From an uncultured Trueperaceae bacterium (lineage in GTDB: Bacteria; Deinococcota; Deinococci; Deinococcales; Trueperaceae), in the NCBI GenBank assembly GCA_963799485.1, contig CAWCXJ010000006.1:640001-704000 (forward strand): a stretch of DNA of 64,000 nucleotides, written 5' to 3'. Shown piece after piece: positions 39,816-49,820 of this stretch. Each line of letters begins with the position of its first letter. Positions within the stretch are counted from its first letter, which is position 1. The position numbers and the translations under genes were made by a program. The notes below the pieces were generated by a model. The model saw only the letters and a program-made list of their open reading frames with translations. It had not been told where the DNA came from and ran no database searches.

Positions 39816-42206
39816 CTAGAGCTGAGCTGAAGGGGAAACCGAGTCGTCGGGCGTCGGCGGGATAAAGCTGCCCTGCGCGCCCTCTTCTAGGAGCATCAGT
39901 TTGACGACTTCACTGAAATCTTTGACCGGGGTCACGGTCAGGTCGTCTAAAATCGCGTCGGGAACGTCTTCCAAGTTGGCTTCGTTCGCTTCCGGAATAA
40001 TGACGTGCTTGATCCCGGCCTGGTGCGCGGCTAAGAGTTTTTCCTTGACGCCGCCGATGGGCAAGACGCGCCCGCGCAGGGTAATCTCGCCGGTCATCGC
40101 CACGTCGCCCCTCGCAGGCCGCCCGGTCAGCGCCGAGACGACCGCCGTTGCCATCGCAATTCCGGCACTTGGGCCGTCTTTAGGGGTGGCACCCTCCAAA
40201 ACATGCACGTGCAGGTCGCGCTTTTCGTGAAAGTCGGGGGAGATGTTAAAGTCCGCCGCGCGGGCCCGCAAGTAGGCGATCCCGGCCTGAGCGGACTCTT
40301 TCATCACGTCGCCGAGCTGTCCGGTGAGCGTCACTTTACCCTTACCGGGCGTGCTGAGCGCCTCGATGTCGAGCGTAACGCCGCCGACCGAGGTGTAAGC
40401 GAGGCCGTGGGCAACGCCGATTTGCGGTTCACGGTCGGCGCGGTCGTCGCGGAAGGGCGGGACGCCCAAAAGTTGCCGCACCGATTTTTCGTCCAGCGTA
40501 CGCGCGTCTTTCCAGGGGGTGCCGAGGTACTCTTTGGCCGATTTGCGCGCGAGTTTGGCGAGCGTCCGGTCTAGGTTACGCACGCCGGCCTCGCGCGTGT
40601 ACTCGGTGATGGTGCGGCGCACCGCGTCGTCGGTCAAAGTAAGCTTACCGTCCAGTCCGTGCGCCTTAAGCTGACGCGGGACGCGGTAGCGTTTGGCGAT
40701 CTCGAGCTTTTCGTCCAAGGTATAGCCCGGAATCTGAATGACTTCCATGCGGTCTAGGAGGGGCCGGGGTATCGTGGCGAGCGAGTTCGCCGTCGTAATA
40801 AACATGACTTTCGACAAGTCGTAAGGAATCTCTAGGTAGTGGTCGGCAAAAGTGTTGTTCTGCTCGGGGTCTAAAACCTCTAACAGCGCCGAAGACGGGT
40901 CGCCGCGAAAGTCGGCGGTCATCTTGTCGATTTCGTCCAAGAGAAACACCGGATTGACCTTGCCGGCGGTTTTCATACCCTGAATGATGCGCCCCGGCAG
41001 CGAGCCGATGTAGGTGCGGCGGTGTCCCCGGATTTCAGCCTCGTCGCGGACGCCACCCAAACTCATCCGCACAAAGGCGCGGTTGAGGCTTCCGGCAATC
41101 GACTTGCCGAGGCTCGTTTTACCGACGCCGGGCGGCCCGACGAGGCACAAGATCGGCGCGCGGTATTCGGTGCCTTCGATGTCTTTGGTGAGCTGCCGCA
41201 CCGCTAAAAACTCTAAAATGCGGGCTTTGGGTTCCTCGAGGGCGTAGTGGTCTTCGTTCAAGATTTTTTCGGTGTGGGCGATGTCTAAGTGTTCTTCGTC
41301 CATCTCCGACCACGGCAAATCGAGCAGCGTATCTAAATACGTGCGGACAACCGTCGCTTCGGGGCTGCCGCCGGGCATCTTCTCGAGGCGCTCGATCTCT
41401 TTGAGCGAACGTTTTTCGGCCTCTTCCGGCATGTTTTTGTCCGCTACGCGCTTTTTCAGGTCTTCGATTTCGGAGAGCGTTTCTTCGCCGCCGCCGAGTT
41501 CTTTTTGGATGGCCTTCATCTGTTCGCGCAGGTAGTATTCACGCTGATTGGCGTCCATCTGCTGTTTGACCCGCGCCGAAATCTGCTTTTCGGTATCGAA
41601 GCGGTCTAAGTCGCGGGACAAGAGGCTGTAGACGAGTTCCAAGCGTTTGTTGGCGTCGGCCTCTTCCAAGATGTTCTGCTTGTCCATGACCTCCCAGGTG
41701 CTGTACTTGGCGGTCAGGTCGGCCAAAGCGCCGGGTTCTTTGAGGCTGCGGAGGTTCTCTAAGTGAAACGAATCGAGGCGCAGGTTTTTATTCTGCTGCG
41801 CGTAGTCGCCGAACGCCGACTTGACCTGTTCGACCAAGGCGCGGGTGCGGGCCTCATCGGTGCTGGTCGTTTCGGGGAGTGTTTCGACCACCGCGCGGAG
41901 CGTCCCGCCGGGCAAAAAGTTCTTGACGCGGGCACGGTCTTTGCCTTCGACCAAAACCTGCAAGGTGTCGTCGGGCAGCCGGATAACTTGTTTGATGATG
42001 CCCAAAGTGCCGACTTCAAAAAGGTCGTCGCCGGTCGGGTCATCGACGCGGGGTTCACGCTGCGCCAATAAGAGGACGCGGTTGTCCGAGGCTTGGGCTT
42101 CCTCGAGGGCGCGTTTGGATTTAGGGCGACCGACATCGACGTTTTCAAGCGTGCGCGGCAACACCACAACGGTTCGTAAAGCGATAACAGGCAGTTCCCA
42201 TTCCAT
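39816..42206 (-). CDS. lon: ATP-dependent Lon protease
   Basis: GPPGVGKTS, RGHRRTYIG, LLDEIDK, PKDGPSAG, IGGVKEK. Confidence 0.97.
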   Translation of the reverse strand: MEWELPVIALRTVVVLPRTLENVDVGRPKSKRALEEAQASDNRVLLLAQREPRVDDPTGDDLFEVGTLGIIKQVIRLPDDTLQVLVEGKDRARVKNFLPGGTLRAVVETLPETTSTDEARTRALVEQVKSAFGDYAQQNKNLRLDSFHLENLRSLKEPGALADLTAKYSTWEVMDKQNILEEADANKRLELVYSLLSRDLDRFDTEKQISARVKQQMDANQREYYLREQMKAIQKELGGGEETLSEIEDLKKRVADKNMPEEAEKRSLKEIERLEKMPGGSPEATVVRTYLDTLLDLPWSEMDEEHLDIAHTEKILNEDHYALEEPKARILEFLAVRQLTKDIEGTEYRAPILCLVGPPGVGKTSLGKSIAGSLNRAFVRMSLGGVRDEAEIRGHRRTYIGSLPGRIIQGMKTAGKVNPVFLLDEIDKMTADFRGDPSSALLEVLDPEQNNTFADHYLEIPYDLSKVMFITTANSLATIPRPLLDRMEVIQIPGYTLDEKLEIAKRYRVPRQLKAHGLDGKLTLTDDAVRRTITEYTREAGVRNLDRTLAKLARKSAKEYLGTPWKDARTLDEKSVRQLLGVPPFRDDRADREPQIGVAHGLAYTSVGGVTLDIEALSTPGKGKVTLTGQLGDVMKESAQAGIAYLRARAADFNISPDFHEKRDLHVHVLEGATPKDGPSAGIAMATAVVSALTGRPARGDVAMTGEITLRGRVLPIGGVKEKLLAAHQAGIKHVIIPEANEANLEDVPDAILDDLTVTPVKDFSEVVKLMLLEEGAQGSFIPPTPDDSVSPSAQL

Positions 42207-42330
42207 AAACACAAGTAAACAGCACGCGTGCAGTCTTTACCGTAAGGTGGCTGACGCGACCCGAAAACACGGCTGCCGGTAAAGGGCTGTGCCTTACGGC
42301 GCTGCTTCGGTGCTTTGGTTAGGCTGGAGC

Positions 42331-42944
42331 ATGGAAGCACTTATTATCGGCGCAGGCGGCGGCATCGGCTCAGCTTTAGTTAAGGTGTCAAAGATTACGA
42401 AATAACGTTGGTGGGCCGTAACGCCCGTAAATTGCCAGGGCTCAGGGGTCAAGTGGTGCCGACGGACGTAACGAGCGAACTCGAGGTCGAAGCCCTGTTC
42501 GCCGATCTGCCGCCTCAAGACCTCATCGTCTACGCTGCCGGGGACGTCGAGCCCGAACCGCTCCGCAGCACCTCTGCCGATAGCTGGAACCGCGTCATGG
42601 ACGCGAACCTGACCGGACTTTTCTATACCCTCAAGTACGCCGACGGTAAGCTCAGTGAAGGCGCACGTATCTTCGTTCTGGGGGCGCGCCCGGAACTCGT
42701 GACCTTCCGGGGATTTGGAGCCTACGCCGCAGCCAAAGCAGGCGTCGCGGCGCTCGTCAAGGTCGCCGCGCAGGAATATAAGCGCAAGGCGTCCTTGACG
42801 CTCGTCTTGCCCAAAGCTGTCGATACGGGGTTTTGGGCAAATGTCGGTAAGGTGCCTAAAGATGCGCTCGAGCCCGGAGCGGTCGCCGAAGCTATTGTTA
42901 AAAGCCTCGCGGGGGAGCCTGAAGACGAGTTGAAAGTTGGGTAA
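42331..42944 (+). pseudogene. SDR oxidoreductase with a frameshift near 42387 (or a sequencing error)
   Basis: MEALIIGAGGGIG in one frame continues as KDYEITLVGRN...YAAAK in another. One missing base restores the ORF. Confidence 0.75.
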
Positions 42945-43587
42945 GCACCGCACCGAACGCTTTTATGTCCGGCACAGTCCCATACCCTGCGCCCGGTTCG
43001 TTCCCCAGATAGACGGCTCGCATTCCACATGCCAAAGCACCTTTGACGTCGGCCTCCAAATTGTCCCCGACCATCAATGTCTCGTCCGGTTCTGTTCCCA
43101 GCGCCTCACACGCAAGTCGAAAGATGCGCGGCTTGGGTTTACGCACCGCGACGTCGGCGTCGCCCGAGACCAAAATGCGTTTGAAATAGCCCCCCAGCCC
43201 CACCGCCTGAACTGCGGCACGCTGCATATCGGTGGGACCGTTGGTCAGTAAGGCGCAGGGGAGAGCTTTTTGGCGGCAGAGTGCAAGAACGTCTGCTGCT
43301 CCCGGGAGCAGCGCCATCTGTGAAGCATACGCGCTCAGCGCTTGCCTGACCAAATGTTCCAGGTCATCCGGAGGACGCTGCTCGAGTATCTCCAAAACCT
43401 CTTGTACCGCGCTGCAAAGCGTAATTTGACCTTCGCGGCGTAGTGCTTCAGAAAGTGCTTCTGCAAAATTTGCCAAGTCGCACTGCACCAGCATCAAATC
43501 AGTGCGGAGGCTGCCGGTAAACCCCTGAAAATCGCCCGTAAAGCGCGCCAGCGTCCCGTCAAAGTCGAAGCAGACGGCCCTGATCAC
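42898..43587 (-). CDS. HAD family hydrolase
   Basis: FDFDGTL, LTNG, KP.P.IF, VGDNLEAD. Confidence 0.9.
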   Translation of the reverse strand: MIRAVCFDFDGTLARFTGDFQGFTGSLRTDLMLVQCDLANFAEALSEALRREGQITLCSAVQEVLEILEQRPPDDLEHLVRQALSAYASQMALLPGAADVLALCRQKALPCALLTNGPTDMQRAAVQAVGLGGYFKRILVSGDADVAVRKPKPRIFRLACEALGTEPDETLMVGDNLEADVKGALACGMRAVYLGNEPGAGYGTVPDIKAFGAVLTQLSTRLQAPPRGF

Positions 43588-43595
43588 CGGTCAGC

Positions 43596-44579
43596 TCACC
43601 AACGCTGATGCACCTGCGGCGCAATCTTCTCGTCGTAAACGGCTTTGACTTTCGCCATCGTTTCGTCCGAAAGCGCCGGCAGGTCGGCGGCTGCGGCGTT
43701 GTCCTGAACCTGTTGCGGATTTTTGCCGCCCGGAATCGCGCAGGTCACTGCGCCAAACATCAAAATCCAGCGGAGCGCAAACTGCACCAAGCTCATCCCT
43801 TCGGGGACGAGTGCCCGGAGTTCGTCTACCGCTGCCAAGCCGGTGTCAAAGTCCACGCCGGAAAACGTCTCACCCTGGTCGAACGCTTCGCCGTGCCGGT
43901 TGTAGTTGCGGTGGTCGTTTTCGGCAAAACTGCTGTTTTTGCTCATCTTGCCGGTCAAAAGGCCGCTGGCGAGAGGAACTCTCGCCAAGATCCCGACATC
44001 TTTGGCTTGCGCTTCGCGGAAAAACAGTTCGGCGGGGCGTTGCCGGAAGATATTGAAGATAATCTGCACCGATGCGACGCCGGGGTATGCTACGGCCTTA
44101 AGCGCCTCCTCGACTTTTTCCACACTGACGCCGTAGTGCTGAATCAGCCCTTCGGACTTCAAATCGTCCAGCGCGCCGAAAACCTCGGGTCGGTAATAGA
44201 CCTCGGTCGGCGGACAGTGAAGCTGCAACAGCTCGAGCGAATCGGTCTCCAAGTTTTTCAAGCTGCGTTCGGCAAACGCCCGCAGATTCTCGGCGTTGTA
44301 ACCGTCCGCCGTGTGCGGGTCTAGACGGCGACCGGCTTTGGTCGGGATGATGAGCGTTTCACTCGTCTCACGTTTGAGCCGCGCCAGCAGGCGCTCACTG
44401 CGTCCGTCGCCGTAAACATCAGCCGTGTCGAACAAATTGATACCTTCATCGACCGCCGTATGAAGCGCCCGGAGTGCGTCGTCTTCCGAGACCTCGCCCC
44501 AGTCCGAACCGATGGCCCAAGCGCCGAAACTGACCGCCGAAACCTCGAACCCCGTCTTGCCGAGTTTGCGTGTGTGCAT
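43596..44579 (-). CDS. Aldo/keto reductase
   Basis: FGAWAIG, DTADVYG.GRSE, LQLH, IPGGK. Confidence 0.92.
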   Translation of the reverse strand: MHTRKLGKTGFEVSAVSFGAWAIGSDWGEVSEDDALRALHTAVDEGINLFDTADVYGDGRSERLLARLKRETSETLIIPTKAGRRLDPHTADGYNAENLRAFAERSLKNLETDSLELLQLHCPPTEVYYRPEVFGALDDLKSEGLIQHYGVSVEKVEEALKAVAYPGVASVQIIFNIFRQRPAELFFREAQAKDVGILARVPLASGLLTGKMSKNSSFAENDHRNYNRHGEAFDQGETFSGVDFDTGLAAVDELRALVPEGMSLVQFALRWILMFGAVTCAIPGGKNPQQVQDNAAAADLPALSDETMAKVKAVYDEKIAPQVHQRW

Positions 44580-44649
44580 AGTGATGCCTCCGCCGTTACG
44601 CTAACACCTCGGCGTCTCCTTGATAACGACCAAACGCTTTTGCAGGTGA

Positions 44650-45320
44650 CTAACCCGGTTTGGCCTGCGTTTGTGCGTCTATGCGAGCACGTTCACGCCC
44701 GGCGGCAAACTTTTTACGGTGGTAACGAATCCAAAAACTGATGCCGATACCGCCTAAAAGCCACGGCGAGGCCCAGACTGTCCACTCGAGCCCCGCCGGC
44801 AGCCTCGGCCCGACGTTTTGCACCATAAACGCCGTAACTGCCGCCAGATACGAACTCACCATGCGCTCCAAGTGATACGCCCACCACCTCAGGTCGGGAT
44901 TTGGGCGGCGAAAGCTAAGGTCGTCTAAAGCATTACCGAGAACCACGCCGAAGACGATGCCAAGCACTGAAAAAGCTGTAGACGCGCAAGAGGTCGAGGT
45001 GTTGCCGACACTAAATCCCAACAGCGGCAGCGCCCCCAGACGACAAGGCCGACGCCCGCGAAGAGCGCGACAGTTGCCCCGACCCAATCGAGCCGCGCGG
45101 CGCGTTCACCGTGTTCGGGACGCTTGCGCCGGAGCGAGCGCACGCCCGAAAATGCGCCGTAAAAACTCAAACTCGAGATGATAAACAAAACACGTTCGGC
45201 CTGAAGAAAAGAATCGCCAGAGCAGTAACGAAAATCACGAACATCGCCCAGAAGTAGACGCGTCCCTAGCGGCGGTGGGCGGTTCCGTCTTTTTGCGCCG
45301 GCATGGCGACGGGCGTGGTG
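44650..45320 (-). pseudogene. DUF2306-like membrane protein pseudogene
   Basis: KDGTAHRR*GRVYFWAM at the 5' end and RWWAYHLERMVSSYLAAVTAF at the 3' end, with a stop and several frameshifts between. Confidence 0.65.
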
Positions 45321-45564
45321 CGGGTACGCTTGTTTGCGGAGTCTAATCAATCATCTGCGAAATAAGGAAAAATATGGCGGGTTTTACTGTCTAGGACAAC
45401 AAATCTCGCGTTCAGCCGGATATGATGCAAGTTTTCTTGTTCAGGACGTGATAATTAGCGGTTTTTTAGCTTATTACGCAGACTATCTAATAGGGATGCG
45501 GGAGCGCCTGGAGATTCTGGGTGGACGGCTCGAGCCGGGTTGCGTCTAGCGGTAAAGTGCAAAT

Positions 45565-45732
45565 ATGACCGTGATAGTAGACAACCTAGCTAAAACGTTT
45601 TTAGAGTTTTGGGCGCTGGCGAAAAACAGACCGGTTGCCGAGCAGACTGCCTTGTGGGAAACGCACTACGCCTAACCTCACCGTAAAATTATGAATTACG
45701 AAAAGCACTGCAACGACCTGGAGCTGCCTTAA
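45565..45732 (+). pseudogene. 5' fragment of an unidentified gene
   Basis: TAAAGT-6nt-ATG, then MTVIVDNLAKTFLEFWALAKNRPVAEQTALWETHYA*PH; decays afterwards. Confidence 0.35.
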
Positions 45733-45835
45733 ATGATAGCTTTTTCGCTCGAGCTTTCAGACTGCCGTAGAAAGATATAAGGGTGACGCTCCACCTTCTT
45801 TTCTACTTTCCCCGGCACCTGAGGCGGCGCGCGCC

Positions 45836-46615
45836 GTGAACGTCCTGGCGGTTATCCAAGACGACGCCCAGGCAGCAGAACTCGCGGACCGCTTTTACAA
45901 ACGCCTCGGCGACGCGCTGAGCTTCCGGCGCAGCGTCAGCGGCAAGCGTGCGCTCGAGCTGCTCCAAACGCTCTCTATCGACCTGATTATCTGCGCGCGT
46001 GAAACGTCCGACCTCGCCGGTCTCGAGGTGCTTAAAGCGGTGCGTAAAGAGTGCGAGATCGCCGTAATCCTGCTCGACCGAAGCGTCTCGTCGCGCTTTT
46101 CGCCGGGACCTTTCGACGCCATTCTAGATACCCAGGCCCACCCCGCCGACGTCCTCGAGGCCGCCTTCAGCTTGCTCGTCGCGAGCGGTCGGCTTGAAGA
46201 TGCGCGCCGTCCACAAAGTATTCCCGGGAGCGGCCGCTCAGGCCGCGACGCCAAGGTCGGCAGCACCAAGGTCGGCGGCACCCTGGAAGTTGTCTCTCTC
46301 TTCGACCTCGTGCTGCTCTTGACACAAAAGCACAGTACCGGCAAACTCTACTTGCTGCTCGGTCAGGTCGAGGCGATGTTCGTGTTTCAAGGGGGTGGGC
46401 TCGTTCACGCCGAATACAGCGAACTTACCGGCGAGGCGGCGGTGATGAAGATATTCCGGGAAGCCGAACTGCGTCCCGACGCCGAGTTCTTTTTCGAGCC
46501 GTCACCGCACAAACTGCCCCCCGGCGGCGTGACGGTTCACAGCTCGGTGCAGGAGATCTTGCTCAAGGTCGCTGTCGGACTAGACCGGCAGCGTGAACCT
46601 GCAAGCGGTCTGTAG
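45836..46615 (+). CDS. Receiver-like domain plus DUF4388/PATAN domain protein
   Basis: N-terminal REC-like pattern (SG..ALE.L....IDLII, GLEVL..VR). C-terminal GTL..VSLFDLV.LL....STGKL, F.GG.LVHAE, GEAA. Confidence 0.8.
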   Translation: MNVLAVIQDDAQAAELADRFYKRLGDALSFRRSVSGKRALELLQTLSIDLIICARETSDLAGLEVLKAVRKECEIAVILLDRSVSSRFSPGPFDAILDTQAHPADVLEAAFSLLVASGRLEDARRPQSIPGSGRSGRDAKVGSTKVGGTLEVVSLFDLVLLLTQKHSTGKLYLLLGQVEAMFVFQGGGLVHAEYSELTGEAAVMKIFREAELRPDAEFFFEPSPHKLPPGGVTVHSSVQEILLKVAVGLDRQREPASGL

Positions 46616-46642
46616 AGCGGGCGCGCCGACGCTCGCCCAGCT

Positions 46643-46942
46643 GCTTGTCTCCCTGAGCTTTTAGAAGTCCTCGACCGCGCCGTAACAACCGTCGCGGTAG
46701 ACGCCGCCGGTACCTAAAAGCTTGCCTGGGCTATCCGAGAACACCATACCGATTACGTTTTAGCCCTCACAGGTAATTACCGGCATCTGCTTGCGGGTGG
46801 CGTAGGGTACGCGGGGACTAGAAACCAGTACTTGACGTTAAATCGACTTGAACCAGAAACGTCGCTTAAAGCCGGTGTCAAGGCCAAACGTATGAGAGTA
46901 GGCGACGACTGCCTACGCAAAGTTCTCTAGGCGTAAGCCCTG
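46643..46942 (+). mobile_element. ISAs1-family transposase remnant with right end
   Basis: PELLEVLD...VAVDAAGT*KLA..I.....DYVLALTGN, then LNRL.....KAGVKAKRMR.....LRKVL* and a terminal GCCCTG. Confidence 0.75.
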
Positions 46943-47071
46943 TTCCGTGCGGCTGTGCGGTGATCACCGTATAGCCGCATAGTGTATGTATCGCCGTGGG
47001 AAGACGTCAAGGCGTTGTAAACGCAGAAAGTTAGGGTACTGCGACCCAGACCCTCACGCTAGCACGACGCC

Positions 47072-47617
47072 CTAGCGTTTCGACACCCGGCGGCTCTCCG
47101 GGTCGTAAAACCGCAGCGGCGCATCTTTCCAGGCTCCGGCGTAGTCGACGCCGATGCGGGACGTCGCAACGACTTGGCTCGGGGGCGTCCCCTCGGTGAG
47201 GATCAGCGGCGTTCGGGTGAGGTCGTGGCGGTTATAGTCTCTCGTTAGGCCCAGCGCGCGCGTCAGTTTGCCGGGGCCGTCGGTCTTGCCCGTAATGTTG
47301 GCGAGCGGCTCGCCTGCCCGGACGAGGACGCCTTGCGCGTCGCCGTCCTCGCCGGTGACGACGTTAAAGAGTTCATACACGCCGTAAATCAAGTACAGGT
47401 AAGCCCGTCCCGGCGGGCCGAAAAGCACCTCGGTACGCCCCGTGCGGCCCTTTGAAGCGTGACACGCGAGGTCGTGCGTACCGACGTAGGCTTCGGTTTC
47501 GACGATGCGGAGGCGCTTATCGGCAAACACGAGCGTTTTGCCGATAAGCGCTCTGGCGACAGTTTCGGCGTCCCTGCCGTAAAACGAAGTGGGTAGTGCA
47601 GCCACCTGTGCATTCAC
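47072..47617 (-). CDS. mpg: 3-methyladenine DNA glycosylase (MPG/AAG family)
   Basis: RIVETEAY, D.ACH, YLIYG, VLVRA.EP, GPGKL..AL, RIGV. Confidence 0.92.
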   Translation of the reverse strand: MNAQVAALPTSFYGRDAETVARALIGKTLVFADKRLRIVETEAYVGTHDLACHASKGRTGRTEVLFGPPGRAYLYLIYGVYELFNVVTGEDGDAQGVLVRAGEPLANITGKTDGPGKLTRALGLTRDYNRHDLTRTPLILTEGTPPSQVVATSRIGVDYAGAWKDAPLRFYDPESRRVSKR

Positions 47618-47645
47618 CCTTTCAGCTTACCCATATAGTACGGAC

Positions 47646-48242
47646 ATGAGCGCTACAAATACTGTTATAAATATTGCCGTACTGCTTTACAACGGGGTCG
47701 CCGACCTCGACGCGCTGGGCGTTTACGGCGTCCTGGGCGCTGCCAAAACCGCACTTCCCGAGGACGCGCTCGAGCTCTACACGGTGGCCCGCTCCCGTAT
47801 GTCGGTGACGACAGCGGGCGGCCTTATCGTAACGCCGCACTGGGCGTTTATGAGCGCGCCGCCGCCGGGCGTCCTTATCGTACCGGGCGGTGACGTCGAT
47901 ACGGTTAAAAAAGACCGGGCGGTGATGGCGTATCTGACGGAACACGCGCCGGCGGTGCGCTGCTGTGTGGCGGTCGGTACCGGCGCTTTTTTGCTGGGCG
48001 AGCTGGGGCTGGTGCGTGACATGGACGCTACGACCTGGGCGGGGGCGTTAGAAAGGCTCCGCGATTATGAGGTGGGCGAAATTGTCGGTGCGCCGGTCGT
48101 AAAAAATCAGCTCGGCGACAAAGCCCGCTGGTTTGCCGGGGGTGGGGAGAAGAGCTTGGTCGTCGGTTTGGAACTGTTGCGACATCTGTTCGGTAGGGAT
48201 GTGGCTGAAGTGGTGGGGGAGAGGCTCGAGCTCACCCGCTAA
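47646..48242 (+). CDS. DJ-1/PfpI family protein
   Basis: IAVLLY.GV..LD, LIVPGG, VGTGAF.LG..G, ATT. The usual nucleophile-elbow Cys appears replaced by Gly. Confidence 0.8.
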   Translation: MSATNTVINIAVLLYNGVADLDALGVYGVLGAAKTALPEDALELYTVARSRMSVTTAGGLIVTPHWAFMSAPPPGVLIVPGGDVDTVKKDRAVMAYLTEHAPAVRCCVAVGTGAFLLGELGLVRDMDATTWAGALERLRDYEVGEIVGAPVVKNQLGDKARWFAGGGEKSLVVGLELLRHLFGRDVAEVVGERLELTR

Positions 48243-48257
48243 GCTTATAGTGCAGTT

Positions 48258-48920
48258 ATGGACGACATTCTCATTTTCGACGTCAACGAAACCCTGCTGG
48301 ATTTAGGGGCGTTAGACCCACACTTCGAACGCGTCTTCGGCGACGCCGGGGTACGCACCGAGTGGTTTGAAACGATGATTCAGTCGGCGCTGCTCGGCAT
48401 TGTTACAGACACCTATCACGATTTTGGGGCGGTGGCAAAGGGGGCGCTGGAGAGCACTGCGGCCCGCAAAAACCTGACCCTTACGGACGCCGACAAAAGC
48501 GCGATTTTGGGGCAGATTCGCAAGCTGCCGCCGCACCCGGACGTCGCCGAAGGACTGTCCCTTTTACAAAATGCCGGAGTACGGCTGGCGACCCTGACGA
48601 ACTCGACTTTGAACGTGGCGCTGGCGCAGCTCGGCTACGCCGGACTTACAGGTTACTTCGAGCGCATCTTTTCTGCCGATACCGTAAAACGCCTTAAACC
48701 TGCCGCTGAGCCTTACCAACATGTAGCCGCCGAGTTGGGTGTACCGACCTCGAGGCTGAGGCTTATTGCGGCGCACGCGTGGGATGTGGCGGGTGCAAAA
48801 CGTGCAGGGTACAAAACGGCGTTCGTAGCGCGGCCCGGTAAAGTGCTGGGGCCGTTGGCGTTGCAACCGGATATGGTGGGGAACGATGTTCTCGAGGTCG
48901 CCCGGAAACTCCTGGCTTAA
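48258..48920 (+). CDS. Haloacid dehalogenase type II
   Basis: FDVNETLLD, LTNS, KP, AAHAWDVAGA. Confidence 0.9.
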   Translation: MDDILIFDVNETLLDLGALDPHFERVFGDAGVRTEWFETMIQSALLGIVTDTYHDFGAVAKGALESTAARKNLTLTDADKSAILGQIRKLPPHPDVAEGLSLLQNAGVRLATLTNSTLNVALAQLGYAGLTGYFERIFSADTVKRLKPAAEPYQHVAAELGVPTSRLRLIAAHAWDVAGAKRAGYKTAFVARPGKVLGPLALQPDMVGNDVLEVARKLLA

Positions 48921-49276
48921 GCAGCTTGGCTAGTCCGGTTTGACTGGTTGGGCCGCCCGGCGCGTCCGAACGTCTTGCCGACGCGTTCTTGCTTACACTG
49001 CCACAAAAGATTGCTCCGGTTGGCCTTACGGAGTTCGCTTCAAACAGGGTGGGCGTGCCTAGTGGGTGCCCGCCGGGGGGTACCTGCTACGACGAGGGCT
49101 TCAACTAGGTGCGTCAAATGTCATCACCCCTTAAAAAAGCCGGCTGTCGGTTGCGGCGCTTGCCGCGCTGAATTCTTTTTGGGTCGGGCCGATCGGGTTC
49201 AGGGTGCGGGTCTGGTTTTGGTTTTGCCAACATAGCCTGAAAGGGTATGCCCGCGACAGCTTTTCGTCAGCCGGTT

Positions 49277-49819
49277 TTAGGCCGATGTCTGCGCCGAAGG
49301 AATTGCGGCGGTCTCGAAGAGCAGTTTCTCGGCTTCACCCGGCGTGTCGAGCCGGTAGAGCGTAAGCTGCGGCGGCACCTCGGCAAAACGTATTGCGTAA
49401 CGCCTGCGCTGCCGCCAGTGCGTCTTGAAAAACCACAAAAAGATTGAATCGCAGCTAAAAAATGCTTTGTGGACGGTTTCGGTATTGCCGTTCCAGAGCG
49501 CTTCACGTGTGAACGCACGGCGACAGGTGCGCCGAAAAAGTCGCCAGAGTTTGGTACCGAAACTGTAATCGAGCCAGATGACGGTATCGGCGTGGGCCAA
49601 AATAAACGGTTGCACCTCGCTGTAGTTACCGTCTACGACCCAGCGTTCAGCCTGTAGCGCCTCTTTGACTCGCACTGCAAAGTCCGCTGCAGGTGTCCAG
49701 TCGGCACGCCAGTAAAACGAATCGAGTTCGGTAAAAGTCACCTCGAGCTTTTTAGCGAGCGCCTTGCCGAACGTCGTTTTGCCTGCGCCGGTGGTTCCGA
49801 TGACGACAACGCGCTGCAT
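49277..49819 (-). CDS. Adenylate kinase-like P-loop protein (topology modulation protein family)
   Basis: GTTGAGKTT, ELD..YW..DW, WVVDGNY, ADTVIWLD. Confidence 0.85.
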   Translation of the reverse strand: MQRVVVIGTTGAGKTTFGKALAKKLEVTFTELDSFYWRADWTPAADFAVRVKEALQAERWVVDGNYSEVQPFILAHADTVIWLDYSFGTKLWRLFRRTCRRAFTREALWNGNTETVHKAFFSCDSIFLWFFKTHWRQRRRYAIRFAEVPPQLTLYRLDTPGEAEKLLFETAAIPSAQTSA

Positions 49820-49820
49820 C

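Noticed and set aside
48925..49240. About 300 bp gap with short ORFs on both strands
   Set aside because: No recognisable protein motif or RNA structure; probably a decayed gene that I cannot identify.
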